Positions 20,812 through 30,045 of a stretch of 64,000 nucleotides of DNA are shown here, piece after piece (position 1 is the first letter of the stretch; each line of letters begins with the position of its first letter). The translations under genes and the position numbers were made by a program. Under the pieces are notes generated by a model. That model searched no databases. It was not told the DNA's origin and was given only the letters and a program-made list of their open reading frames with translations. The DNA comes from Vicinamibacteria bacterium (GTDB lineage: Bacteria; Acidobacteriota; Vicinamibacteria; Marinacidobacterales; Marinacidobacteraceae): contig OZ219815.1 of the NCBI GenBank assembly GCA_964291235.2, forward strand, positions 544,001 through 608,000. Reading direction: 5' to 3'.

Positions 20812-21549
20812 ATGAGCCTTCTCGAGATTCGGAATCTGAAGGTCCGCCGCGGCGGGGTCCCGGCGCTGCGCGGGGTGACCCTGGAAGTGGACAGCCGGGA
20901 GGTGGTGGCGCTCCTGGGCGCGAACGGCGCCGGCAAGACCACGACCCTCCGCGCGATCAGCGACCTGTCCAGACCCGACTCGGGCGAGGTCCGCTTCGAG
21001 GGGCGTTCCCTGGTGGGCGCCGGTTCAGCGCGGGTAGTCGAAGCCGGAATTGCGCATGTGCCCGAGGGGAGCCGAATCTGGCCCGACATGACGGTTCTCG
21101 AGAATCTGAGACTGGGCGCCTACGCAGTCCGGCGCCGGGGCTCCACGGCCCGGCGGCTGGACGCCATTCTTGAACTCCTGCCGCGGCTCGCCGAACGGTC
21201 CTCCCAGTTGGCGGGGACCCTCTCCGGGGGGGAGCGGCAGATGGCGGCCATCGGCAGGGCCTTGATGGCCTCACCGAAGCTCCTGCTCATGGATGAACCG
21301 TCGCTCGGGCTTTCCCCCCGGGTCGTGGACACCGTGTTCGACACCATCCAGGCGATCCGCAAGGACGGAGTCGCGGTTCTGCTCGTCGAGCAGAACGTGG
21401 TGCGAGCGCTCGAGATTGCGGAGCGCGGCTACGTACTCGAAGGCGGGAAGATCGTCCGCCGGGGAAGCGGGGAGGAGCTCCTCGACGATCCCGAAGTGCG
21501 CCAGGCGTACCTCGGGAGAACTGCGGGTAGCAAGAACTCCGGAGCCTGA
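20812..21549 (+). CDS. livF: Liv-type ABC transporter ATP-binding protein (LivF-like)
   Basis: GANGAGKTT, VPEG, LSGGERQM, MDEPSLGL, VEQN. Confidence 0.94.
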   Translation: MSLLEIRNLKVRRGGVPALRGVTLEVDSREVVALLGANGAGKTTTLRAISDLSRPDSGEVRFEGRSLVGAGSARVVEAGIAHVPEGSRIWPDMTVLENLRLGAYAVRRRGSTARRLDAILELLPRLAERSSQLAGTLSGGERQMAAIGRALMASPKLLLMDEPSLGLSPRVVDTVFDTIQAIRKDGVAVLLVEQNVVRALEIAERGYVLEGGKIVRRGSGEELLDDPEVRQAYLGRTAGSKNSGA

Positions 21550-21566
21550 GGCCCGGTTCCCCGGGC

Positions 21567-21595
21567 GCCGTCAGCCGGCCATGCCGGCCGACGGC
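21567..21595. terminator. Hairpin between convergent genes
   Basis: GCCGTCAGCCGGC-CAT-GCCGGCCGACGGC; no U tract. Confidence 0.45.
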
Positions 21596-21610
21596 ACCCG
21601 TGGCGTCCGA

Positions 21611-22999
21611 TTACTCCGAGAGCCAGCCGGTAATCGCGACGAAGTTACCGTCCTCGACGCGCTTCAGCGTCACCGCGTCGAAACCAAGGTGGCTCTGGTC
21701 GGAGAAGGTCACGGGGTGACCCATGAGACCTTGCCAGTTGTCGATGGTTTCGAGCCCGCGAATGAGGTTGATCCGCCGGAGATCGTCTCCCGCGCGCTCC
21801 ATCCCCTCGGCAGCGAGTTGAGCCCAGGCCATTCCCAGCATCGCGTAGTCCCCGAACGGAACCTCGGGCGCGTATTCGCTCAGAATCTGTTTCACCAGGC
21901 GGGTGTTGTCCGAGTCCACGGAAAGGTCCGGAGTTGTGGAGGCCACGATCAGGCCTTCAGCGGATTCACCCGCCAGGTCGATCATGAGCGTATCCGCCAT
22001 CGCGAACCCGCCCAGCAGGATCGGATTCCAGTCCGGATCGGCCGCAATCGCCTTCACCACCTCGGCTCCGTATTCGGCAACTCCCCAGATGAGAACCGCA
22101 CCCGCCTGCTTCTCCTTGAACTCGGCGAGGGCGGCTTCCATGCCACCGCCGTCCTTGGGCGTGCGCCGCATTCCGACGTCTTCGGGAGCAGCCTCCGGCC
22201 GGCCCCAACGGCCGCCGTCGGCCCTTTGGACCCGCCACAGCACCCCCTCGCCTCCGGAGGGATACTCGTGCCAGCCTTCGCTGGTGGGATCGTCGGTTCG
22301 CGGGCGCCGCGGACGGCTGGAAATCCGCGCGTAACGCACTTCCACGCCTTCCGGAAGAGCGGCCGCGACCTGCTCGTAGAAGCCCCGGACGCCGAGCCGG
22401 TAGCCCTCCTGCCCCTGGATCCCGAAGGGGGTGTCCTCCGCGATCGAGGCGATTCGATTCACCCCGAGTTCGGTCATCGCATAGCGGGCCAGAACCTGCG
22501 CCGCGGTGATGGAAGTGGGAAGAATGGAGAAGATGTAGGCGTCCAGCGGTTCTGTCCAGACGCGCGCGCTGGAGCCGGGATTCACCCAGGGCACCAGTCG
22601 CAAACCCACCGCGTCGCGGACCGCCAGGGTGTTGGCGCTGCTCATGCCGCCCACCATGGCGAAGACCTGCTCCTCGCGCAGGAGCTGATCAACCAGGGCG
22701 GGAGTCTGCTCAGGATCTCCCTGATCGTCCTTGAGAATCAAATTGACCCTGCGGCCGTGAATGCCGCCCTGATCGTTGAGCCACTCAAAGTACGCCGCCA
22801 TCGAGCGGCCGACATTGCCAAGCGCCGCATAGGGACCCGTCAGCGGAGCAAAACTCCCCAATTTGATCTCTTCCCCGGTGACCCCGATATCCGGTCCGCC
22901 GCAGGCGCCACCGAGAAGAGCCAGGCAGAGTCCGGTTGCGAGGATGCTGCGGCGCCAGCGGCTGGCGCCCTTTGCGGTTGGCGGACAATCAAAACGCAC
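21611..22999 (-). CDS. Second Liv-type substrate-binding lipoprotein, with an internal insertion
   Basis: Lipobox GGAC, GVT.EEIKLG..APLTGP, N.QGGIHGR.V.LI..DD. Confidence 0.85.
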   Translation of the reverse strand: MRFDCPPTAKGASRWRRSILATGLCLALLGGACGGPDIGVTGEEIKLGSFAPLTGPYAALGNVGRSMAAYFEWLNDQGGIHGRRVNLILKDDQGDPEQTPALVDQLLREEQVFAMVGGMSSANTLAVRDAVGLRLVPWVNPGSSARVWTEPLDAYIFSILPTSITAAQVLARYAMTELGVNRIASIAEDTPFGIQGQEGYRLGVRGFYEQVAAALPEGVEVRYARISSRPRRPRTDDPTSEGWHEYPSGGEGVLWRVQRADGGRWGRPEAAPEDVGMRRTPKDGGGMEAALAEFKEKQAGAVLIWGVAEYGAEVVKAIAADPDWNPILLGGFAMADTLMIDLAGESAEGLIVASTTPDLSVDSDNTRLVKQILSEYAPEVPFGDYAMLGMAWAQLAAEGMERAGDDLRRINLIRGLETIDNWQGLMGHPVTFSDQSHLGFDAVTLKRVEDGNFVAITGWLSE

Positions 23000-23231
23000 G
23001 GCGGAAGTCTCCTCCCCGAAGCAGTGGAAGTTATGGGAATCGCTTGTAGCGGGCCGGAGAATTTAGCATAGGCGGCGCCCTCGAAACGAACCGCGGAGCG
23101 AGGTCATTTCGGGGTCGCACGCCGCGATTCGCCGCACGCCGGATTCCCCCGCCCAAGCCGGCAGGAACGGCGCAACCGGCGGGGGAACGACAACCGCAGG
23201 GGGTGTCGCGAGTGCCCGATCGCGGGATGGG

Positions 23232-24590
23232 TCAGGGCGTGGCGACCGGCCCGGGCTCGGTGGAGGGCGTCTCCGGTGCGGGCGGAGAAGGCGGAGCGGC
23301 CGCTTGAGTCGCCTTCTTCCGGGTCGCCTTCTTACGGGTCACCTTCTTCCGCGTCGCCTTCTTCCGGGTCGCCTTCTTCCGCGTCACCTTCTTGCGGGTC
23401 GCCTTCTTCCGGGTCGCCTTCTTCCGGGTGGCTTTCTTCCGGGTCGCCTTCTTCCGGGACGCCTTCTTCCGCGTCACCTTCTTCCGGGTGGCCTTCTTCC
23501 GGGTCGTCTTCTTCCGCGTCGCCTTCTTCCGGGTGGCCTTCTTCCGCGTCGCCTTCTTCCGCGTCGTCTTTTTGCGGGTGGCCTTCTTCCGGGTCGCCTT
23601 CTTCCGCGTCGCCTTCTTCCGAGTCGTCTTCTTCCGGGTCGTCTTCTTCCGGGACGCCTTCTTACGGGTCACCTTCTTGCGGGACGTCTTCTTACGGGTC
23701 GTCTTCTTCCGGGACGCCTTCTTACGGGTCACCTTCTTCCGGGACGCCTTCTTCCGCGTCGTCTTCTTGCGGGACGCCTTCTTCCGAGTCGTCTTCTTCC
23801 GGGTCGTCTTCTTCCGGGACGCCTTCTTACGGGTCACCTTCTTGCGGGACGTCTTCTTACGGGTCGTCTTCTTCCGGGACGCCTTCTTACGGGTCACCTT
23901 CTTCCGGGACGCCTTCTTCCGCGTCGTCTTCTTGCGGGACGCCTTCTTCCGAGTCGTCTTCTTACGGGTCGTCTTCTTGCGGGACGCCTTCTTACGGGTC
24001 ACCTTCTTGCGGGACGTCTTCTTACGGGTCACCTTCTTGCGGGACGCCTTCTTACGGGTCACCTTCTTCCGGGACGCCTTCTTCCGGGTCGTCTTCTTGC
24101 GGGACGCCTTCTTACGGGTCGTCTTCTTGCGGGACGTCTTCTTACGGGTCGTCTTCTTCCGGGACGCCTTCTTACGGGTCACCTTCTTGCGGGACGCCTT
24201 CTTACGGGTCACCTTCTTGCGGGACGCCTTCTTACGGGTCACCTTCTTGCGGGACGCCTTCTTACGGGTCACCTTCTTGCGGGACGCCTTCTTACGGGTC
24301 ACCTTCTTCCGGGACGCCTTCTTCCGCGTCATCTTCTTCCGGGACGTCTTCTTCCGGGTCGTCTTCTTGCGGGACGCCTTCTTACGGGACACCTTCTTGC
24401 GCGTCATCTTCTTTCGCGTGACTTTCTTGCGCACCAGTTTCTTCCGCGCCGTCGCCTTACGAGTCAAACGCTTGCGTGTCACTTTCTTGCGCGCGGCGCC
24501 GCTCCGCGACGCCCTCCGCGCCACGGCCTTCTTCCGGGAGGTTTTCTTCGCCGACCGCTTGGCCTTTTTCTTCATTACAGTTTTGTTCAC
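23232..24590 (-). CDS. Histone H1-like / Hc2-like very basic repeat protein, (RKK[AVT][TS])n with a Pro-rich tail
   Basis: About 75-80 pentapeptide repeats. The N-terminus is a degenerate version of the same K/R motif, variation includes many synonymous Arg codon changes in this frame, and a sigma70-like promoter lies upstream. Start is GTG 24590 or ATG 24575. Confidence 0.8.
   Translation of the reverse strand: MNKTVMKKKAKRSAKKTSRKKAVARRASRSGAARKKVTRKRLTRKATARKKLVRKKVTRKKMTRKKVSRKKASRKKTTRKKTSRKKMTRKKASRKKVTRKKASRKKVTRKKASRKKVTRKKASRKKVTRKKASRKKVTRKKASRKKTTRKKTSRKKTTRKKASRKKTTRKKASRKKVTRKKASRKKVTRKKTSRKKVTRKKASRKKTTRKKTTRKKASRKKTTRKKASRKKVTRKKASRKKTTRKKTSRKKVTRKKASRKKTTRKKTTRKKASRKKTTRKKASRKKVTRKKASRKKTTRKKTSRKKVTRKKASRKKTTRKKTTRKKATRKKATRKKATRKKTTRKKATRKKATRKKATRKKTTRKKATRKKVTRKKASRKKATRKKATRKKATRKKATRKKVTRKKATRKKATRKKVTRKKATRKKATQAAAPPSPPAPETPSTEPGPVATP
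23305..24490. repeat. 15-bp tandem repeat array with 165-bp higher-order repeat
   Basis: Unit ~ CGGGWCRYCTTCTTM. The rare variant CGAGTC recurs at 23620, 23785 and 23950 (165-bp period). Confidence 0.95.
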
Positions 24591-24643
24591 CCCGAGCGGG
24601 AATCACCAGCACGACCACAATCTGCTGCGAGCCCCACAGCCGC

Positions 24644-24673
24644 AGCGTAGCATCGCCTTCGAATCGGGGTCAA
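24644..24673 (-). promoter_or_regulatory. Sigma70-like promoter of the H1-like gene
   Basis: Minus strand: TTGACC (24673-24668), 18 nt, then TACGCT (24649-24644) preceded by TGC (extended -10). Confidence 0.55.
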
Positions 24674-24780
24674 CCCTTTGTCAGTTCATCGCCCATCGAA
24701 ACCGGAGCAAGTTTCTTGTGCCGCCTGTTAGCAGCCTGTGGGTAGAGTGACGTGGGCACCGAGAACCCTTACGGAACACC

Positions 24781-25632
24781 ATGAGCAACCGCCTTAAGGT
24801 TTGGGCCGAATACCTCAAGATCGAACACACGCTGTTCTCCGTCCCCCTCATCTATGCGGGCGCCCTGTTGGCGGAACCGCCTCTGACGTTGCGTACGGCG
24901 GTATTGATCCTGGTAGCTGCCACCGGCGCGCGGACTACCGCTATGGGACTCAATCGGATCCTGGACCGTCACCTCGATGCGCAAAACCCCCGCACCGCAA
25001 ACCGCGCGCTGCCAGCCGGAAAGATCACGTTGCGGGGCGCGGCAGCCGTCGCCGTCGTCGCGTTCCTCATTTCCCTGACCGCTGCCTGGGCCATCTCGCC
25101 GCGCTGCCTCATCATCAGTCCCATTCCGCTGGCGGCCTTCTTCGCTTACCCACTCCTGAAGCGCTATACCAGATGGGCACACCTGGGTCTCGGCATGACA
25201 CTGGCTCTCGGTCCGATCTGTGGCTTCTACGCGGTGGCTCTGGAATGGCGCGGCCTGATCCCGATCGGACTGCTGGCTGCCTTTACCGCGCTGTGGTCCG
25301 CCGGCTTCGACATCTTGTATGCAACCCTTGACGAAGAGTCGGACCGAAGAACCGGAGTCTTCTCCTTGCCGTCGGCGATTGGAAGTCATCGCGCACTACA
25401 GGTCGCTGCCGGATTGCACTTTCTTGCCTATTGTGCGCTCGTTGCCCTCTTCTCGACTTCGCTTCATGGCATCTGGTCAGGTATGTTCTTCGCCTTGGCT
25501 GGTGTTTTGTTCGTCGTGCAGCACAAGCTCCGACACCACGTCGAGTTCGCGTTTTTCCAGGTGAATTCGGTTCTCGGCGGCGTCGTCTTTCTCGGCGTCC
25601 TGCTCTCCCATTCCCCGATGCCCATCCCATGA
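24781..25632 (+). CDS. mqnP: UbiA-family prenyltransferase of the futalosine pathway (MqnP-like)
   Basis: KIEHTLFS.P, ARTTAMGLNRILDRHLDA.NPRT..R.LP.G, GFDILYA.LD...D; adjacent to mqn genes. Confidence 0.87.
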   Translation: MSNRLKVWAEYLKIEHTLFSVPLIYAGALLAEPPLTLRTAVLILVAATGARTTAMGLNRILDRHLDAQNPRTANRALPAGKITLRGAAAVAVVAFLISLTAAWAISPRCLIISPIPLAAFFAYPLLKRYTRWAHLGLGMTLALGPICGFYAVALEWRGLIPIGLLAAFTALWSAGFDILYATLDEESDRRTGVFSLPSAIGSHRALQVAAGLHFLAYCALVALFSTSLHGIWSGMFFALAGVLFVVQHKLRHHVEFAFFQVNSVLGGVVFLGVLLSHSPMPIP

Positions 25633-26179
25633 AAATTGTCGTCGGAATGTCGGGCTCTTCGGGGGCGGTTTACGGTGTTCAGTTCCTGAAGCGTTGCCCG
25701 GGCGAAAAACACCTGATCGTTTCCCGGTGGGGAGAAGAAGTGCTGCGACTGGAGACGGGTCTGGCACTCGACGATCTGAAGGGCCACGTACGGCGCGTTC
25801 ATCGCGACTCCGACCTGGCAGCCCCCTGGTCATCGGGTTCGAACCGTTATGACGCGCTCGTTCTGATCCCTGCAGTCTCTCGACCCTCGGCAAGGTCGCC
25901 AACGGGATCGCCGATACCCTCATAACCCGGGCAGCCCAGGTCGCTCTCAAGGAACGCATGCGCCTCGTTCTCTGCGTACGCGAGACACCGTGGTCCACCA
26001 TCACCTTGCGCAATGCCCTCGCTATTTCGGAGGCGGGCGGAATCGTGATGCCGGTAGCGCCGCCCTGGTATCGAAATCCCGGCACGATGTCGGAGGTCGT
26101 GGACGGCTTTTGCGACAAGGTGCTCGGCGTGCTTGGAATCGGCGACGCACCCGGCTGGCGGGAAGAAGAAACCCGGTAA
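25629..26179 (+). CDS. ubiX: Flavin prenyltransferase UbiX; frameshifted at 25868-25870
   Basis: MKIVVGMSGSSGAVYG...SSGS, then (adding one C) IPCSLSTLGKVANGIADTLITRAAQVALKER..LVL..RETP...P.WY..P. Confidence 0.9.
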
Positions 26180-26189
26180 CCGGACAGAG

Positions 26190-26890
26190 GCGGGAACGCC
26201 CCCGAGCAGCCCTGGTGGCGCGCAGGCACGGGAACGCCGGCCTCCAGGCCGGCACAGCGGCGCGTAGCGCCGCGGCGGGACGGACTCCCCAGCGTCAAAA
26301 TGGCTCCCCTCTCGGCCCAGACCCCCGCAGCCCTGGTGGCGCAACCGCGTTACGTCGACATAGAGTCGGAGCGCCGGCCTCTGGCCGGCATCGCTCCCCA
26401 CCGGGGAGCGAAACCGCACATCGAGGCTCAACCCCACGGCGCAATGGCACAGGGCCGTTACATCGTCCCCGTCTGGCCAATTACCGCGCGGCCGATGAAC
26501 GACGGGAGTTCCGCGGCCTGTGGCCGCGATGCCGGCCGGAGGCCGCCGCTCCTGGGGAGCGAAACCGCACATCGCTGCTCACCCGGACGGCGCAGTGGCA
26601 CAGGGCCGTTACATCGTCCCCGCCAGGCCAATTACCGTGCGGCCGATGAACTACGGGAGTTTCGCGGCCAGGAGCGCCAGCCTCCAGGCTGGCATCGCCC
26701 GCGCAGCGGGCGAAACTCCCAAACCTGATCCCCCCGGATGGTGCCGCCGCCGACCAGCACGGCGCAGCGCCACTCACCCGCTCGTACGGCGTTGCGCCGT
26801 CCCCGCTTGGGTGGGCGCTTTCAAGGACGATTAAGTCTGGGAGTTTCGCGGCCTGCGGCCGCGATGCCGGTCTGGAGACCGGCGCTCCAG
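26190..26890. repeat. REP/REPIN (BIME-like) cluster with a 116-bp direct repeat
   Basis: REP copies at 26230-26259, 26368-26394, 26526-26552 (inverted), 26671-26698 and 26861-26888 (inverted). Direct repeat 26403-26518 / 26554-26669. Confidence 0.88.
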
Positions 26891-26906
26891 GACCGCCCGA
26901 CCCGCA

Positions 26907-26915
26907 TGCTACGAT
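26907..26915 (+). promoter_or_regulatory. Extended -10 element upstream of mqnE
   Basis: TGCTACGAT about 80 nt before the start. Confidence 0.4.
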
Positions 26916-26996
26916 TTTCAGCCCGCAATTGAGCTGTCCTGGAGCCCGGGATTCCGCAACGCCCGGCCTCTCCAGCGTCCCCTCCGGAGATCCCCT

Positions 26997-28109
26997 GTGC
27001 TGCTTGCCGAAGGCGTCGCGTTTCGCGACCGAAACCTGGTCCCGGTCTGGGAGAAGGTTCTGGCGGGGGATCGCCTTGGTTTCGACGACGGAATCGCTCT
27101 CCTCCAGACAGTCGATCTGCCGGCGTTGGGCCGGATGGCCGACCACGCCGCCAGGCGGCGTAACGGCGACCGGGTGCAGTTCGTCGTAAACCGGCAGATC
27201 AATCCCACGAACCTGTGCGTGCTCTCCTGCGTCTTCTGCGATTTCGCCGCCAAACCGGGAGATGACCACGCCTACGAGCAGTCCCTCGAAGAGGTTCTCG
27301 CTCAGGTGTCCGAGGACCTGTCGGAAGTCCACATCGTCGGCGGCCTGCACCCCAAGTGGCCCTTCGCCCGCTATCTGGAGATCGTTCGCGAGATTCACCG
27401 GCAGTTCCCGAAGGTCCAGATCAAGGCGTGGACGGCCGTGGAGATCGACTGGTTCGCCCGACTGGAAAAAACCACCATCGAGGACATCCTGGTGCAACTC
27501 CAGGAGGCCGGCCTCAACTCCCTGCCGGGTGGTGGCGCGGAGGTGTTCTCCGACCGCGTGCGCAAGGAAACGTTCAAGACCAAGATCGGCCGGGCACGGT
27601 GGTTCGAGGTGCACCGGGCCGCGCATCGCCTGGGAATCATGACGAACGCGACCCTGCTCTACGGACACATCGAGACACTCGGCGAGCGCGTCGATCACAT
27701 GATCCAGCTCCGGGAAGCGCAGGACGGCTGCGGCTCGTCCGAGGCAGGGTTTCAGTCGTTCATTCCGCTCGCGCTCCAACCCGGAAACACCGGACTCGCC
27801 GAGCGTCAGGCGTCGGTGCTGGAGGATCTCCGGACCGTTGCCTGCGGGCGCCTGCTCCTCGACAACTTTCCCCACATCAAGGCTTACTGGGTGATGTTGG
27901 GCGAGGACTCGGCGGGCATGGCGCTGAACTTCGGCGCCAGTGATCTCGATGGGACGATCGGCGAAGAGAAGATCGCCCACTTCGCACAGGCAAAGAGCCC
28001 GATTGGCCTGGCCCGCGAGCGACTGGTCCGCATGATCCGGGACGCCGGCAAGATCCCCGTGGAGCGCGACGCGCTCTACAACGTGGTGCAAGTCTGGGAG
28101 GCTGCCTGA
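26997..28109 (+). CDS. mqnE: Aminofutalosine synthase MqnE (radical SAM)
   Basis: NPTNLCVLSCVFC, EVHIVGGLHP, KAWTAVEI, LPGGGAEVF, NATLLYGHIE, HIKAYWVM, DLDGTI.EEKI.H. Confidence 0.93.
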   Translation: MLLAEGVAFRDRNLVPVWEKVLAGDRLGFDDGIALLQTVDLPALGRMADHAARRRNGDRVQFVVNRQINPTNLCVLSCVFCDFAAKPGDDHAYEQSLEEVLAQVSEDLSEVHIVGGLHPKWPFARYLEIVREIHRQFPKVQIKAWTAVEIDWFARLEKTTIEDILVQLQEAGLNSLPGGGAEVFSDRVRKETFKTKIGRARWFEVHRAAHRLGIMTNATLLYGHIETLGERVDHMIQLREAQDGCGSSEAGFQSFIPLALQPGNTGLAERQASVLEDLRTVACGRLLLDNFPHIKAYWVMLGEDSAGMALNFGASDLDGTIGEEKIAHFAQAKSPIGLARERLVRMIRDAGKIPVERDALYNVVQVWEAA

Positions 28110-28119
28110 CCGCTCCGTA

Positions 28120-28923
28120 GTGCGCCTGCTGCTCGGGCAACTCGCCTACCTCAATACCCAGCCGTTCGAGCCCTTTCCGGGCCTGCGCGTCTTCCGGGCA
28201 TCTCCGTCCGAGATCGGCCGTCTGGCGGCGGCCTCCGAACTGGACGCCGGGCTTCTCTCGGTCGGAGATCTGCTGCGTTGCGAACGAGAGTACTCGCCGC
28301 TCGGTGACGCGCGGGGCGCCTTCGGAATCGCCTGCCGCAAGCGGGCGGGAAGCGTCTTCCTCCTTTCGCGGCACCCGCCGGAACAACTCGGGGGCAAGGT
28401 TGTCGAAATCACCAGGGAGACGTCGACCTCGGTGCTGCTCCTGCGCCTCTGGCTGGAACACAAGCTCGGTCTCGAGCTCCCGCGGTACCGCTCGGGGGTT
28501 ACCCGGGAGCACGACGCGTTGCTACTCATCGGGGACGAAGCGCTTCGGGAGCGGGAACGGCCCGACTCACGGTTTGCCTTCCGTATCGATCTCGCCGCCT
28601 GCTGGCGGGAATGGACCGGACTTCCGTTCGTCTTCGCGATCTGGAGCGCCCGGAGGTCGTTGACTTCCGCGAAGCGGTCGAAACTCCACGAAACCATCGC
28701 CACTTCGCTCGAGCGCGGGGTTGCGAGGATCCCCGAGATAGCGGCCGAGGCGCCAGGGCCGCTCGGCGACCGTTCGGCCATCACGCACTACCTCTCGGAT
28801 TTCACGTACCGTTTCGGAGAAATGGAGCGCCGGGGCTTCGGGATGTTCCGGCAACTGGCGATGGAAGCAAATCTGATTTCCTCTGCGGACGAGATGCAGG
28901 AGACCAACGGCGCGTCATGTTGA
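28120..28923 (+). CDS. mqnA: Chorismate dehydratase MqnA
   Basis: G.L.YLNT.P, SPS, S.TSV.LL, LLIGDEAL, DLA..W..WTGLPFVFAIW. Confidence 0.9.
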   Translation: MRLLLGQLAYLNTQPFEPFPGLRVFRASPSEIGRLAAASELDAGLLSVGDLLRCEREYSPLGDARGAFGIACRKRAGSVFLLSRHPPEQLGGKVVEITRETSTSVLLLRLWLEHKLGLELPRYRSGVTREHDALLLIGDEALRERERPDSRFAFRIDLAACWREWTGLPFVFAIWSARRSLTSAKRSKLHETIATSLERGVARIPEIAAEAPGPLGDRSAITHYLSDFTYRFGEMERRGFGMFRQLAMEANLISSADEMQETNGASC

Positions 28924-30023
28924 ACAAAGCGATGGACCGGATCCGGCGCAAGGTGGAAACCCGGGTGCGCCTCTCGGAGGCCGATGCCAGGTGGCTGATG
29001 GATGAGGCTCCGCTTCTGTTTCTCGGCGAGCTCGCCAACCACGACCGCTTTCGCCGGCATCCCGACCGGGAAGTCACATTCGTGGTGGACACGAATCCCA
29101 ACTACACGAACGTCTGTGAGGTGGACTGCACTTTCTGCGCCTTCTACCGACCTCCGGGACACGCGGAGGCCTATACCCATTCGGTCGAGGAGATGCTGGA
29201 GCGAATCGGCGGGGCGGTCGAGCAGGGAGCCACCACCGTGCTCCTCCAGGGCGGGGTGAACGAATCGCTACCGCTCGACTACTACCTGGATCTGGTGCGC
29301 GGAACGCGCGAGCGTTTTCCGGAGGTAACGCCGCACTATTGGTCGGCCGTCGAAGTGGAAGGGATGGCCAAGGTGAGCGGGCTCAGTATTCGCGAGGTGC
29401 TCACCAGGCTCAAGGAAGCGGGTCAGGACACGCTCCCCGGAGGCGGCGCCGAAATCCTCAGCGATCGCGTCCGACGCAAGGTCTCCCACAAGAAGGGAGG
29501 AGCGGCTGCCTGGCTCGACGTCCATCGGGATGCTCATGCCGTCGGATTCGTGAGTACGGCAACCATGATGTACGGCCACGTGGAAACCAGTCAGGACGTG
29601 GTCACGCACCTGCTGAGCGTGCGCGACCTGCAGGACGAGTTCCATGGTTTCACGGCATTCGTGCCGTGGAGCTTCAAGCCGGGAAACACTCCCCTCGTCC
29701 GGAAAATTCCCCACTACGCGGGGCCGAACGATTACCTCCGCATCCTCGGCGTTTCGCGCCTCGTGCTGGACAACTTCGATCACATCCAGGCGTCGTGGTT
29801 CAGCGAGGGCAAGAAGGCCGGCCAGGTAGGACTGCACTGGGGCGCCGACGACTTCGGAGGCACTCTGCTCGAAGAAAACGTCCACGCGTGTACCGGTTTC
29901 ATCAACCGGACAAGCATCGACGAAGTGCAGATCCTGATCCGGGAGGCCGGATTCACTCCGGTCCAAAGGGACACCAAGTACCGCGTGCTGCGGCCGGGAG
30001 AGGCAGCCGCGACTTCGGCCTGA
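28917..30023 (+). CDS. mqnC: Cyclic dehypoxanthine futalosine synthase MqnC (radical SAM)
   Basis: TFVVDTNPNYTNVCEVDCTFCAFY, LLQGG, PGGGAEIL, TATMMYGH, FTAFVPW, HIQASW, EENV. Confidence 0.93.
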   Translation: MLNKAMDRIRRKVETRVRLSEADARWLMDEAPLLFLGELANHDRFRRHPDREVTFVVDTNPNYTNVCEVDCTFCAFYRPPGHAEAYTHSVEEMLERIGGAVEQGATTVLLQGGVNESLPLDYYLDLVRGTRERFPEVTPHYWSAVEVEGMAKVSGLSIREVLTRLKEAGQDTLPGGGAEILSDRVRRKVSHKKGGAAAWLDVHRDAHAVGFVSTATMMYGHVETSQDVVTHLLSVRDLQDEFHGFTAFVPWSFKPGNTPLVRKIPHYAGPNDYLRILGVSRLVLDNFDHIQASWFSEGKKAGQVGLHWGADDFGGTLLEENVHACTGFINRTSIDEVQILIREAGFTPVQRDTKYRVLRPGEAAATSA

Positions 30024-30045
30024 GCGACCCGGTCGGTCGGGAATC

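Noticed and set aside
23305-24490. CRISPR array
   Set aside because: The units are contiguous 15-bp tandem repeats with no unique spacers, and no cas genes are present.
23276-24750. Plus-strand ORFs (RVAFF)n, (GRLLP)n and (GSPSS)n as real genes
   Set aside because: They are antisense shadows of the repeat. The K/R frame has a matching degenerate N-terminus and a promoter.
25860-25880. Programmed frameshifting in ubiX (and vapC)
   Set aside because: Single-base loss in short runs with no slippery heptamer or stimulator; sequencing error or recent mutation is simpler.
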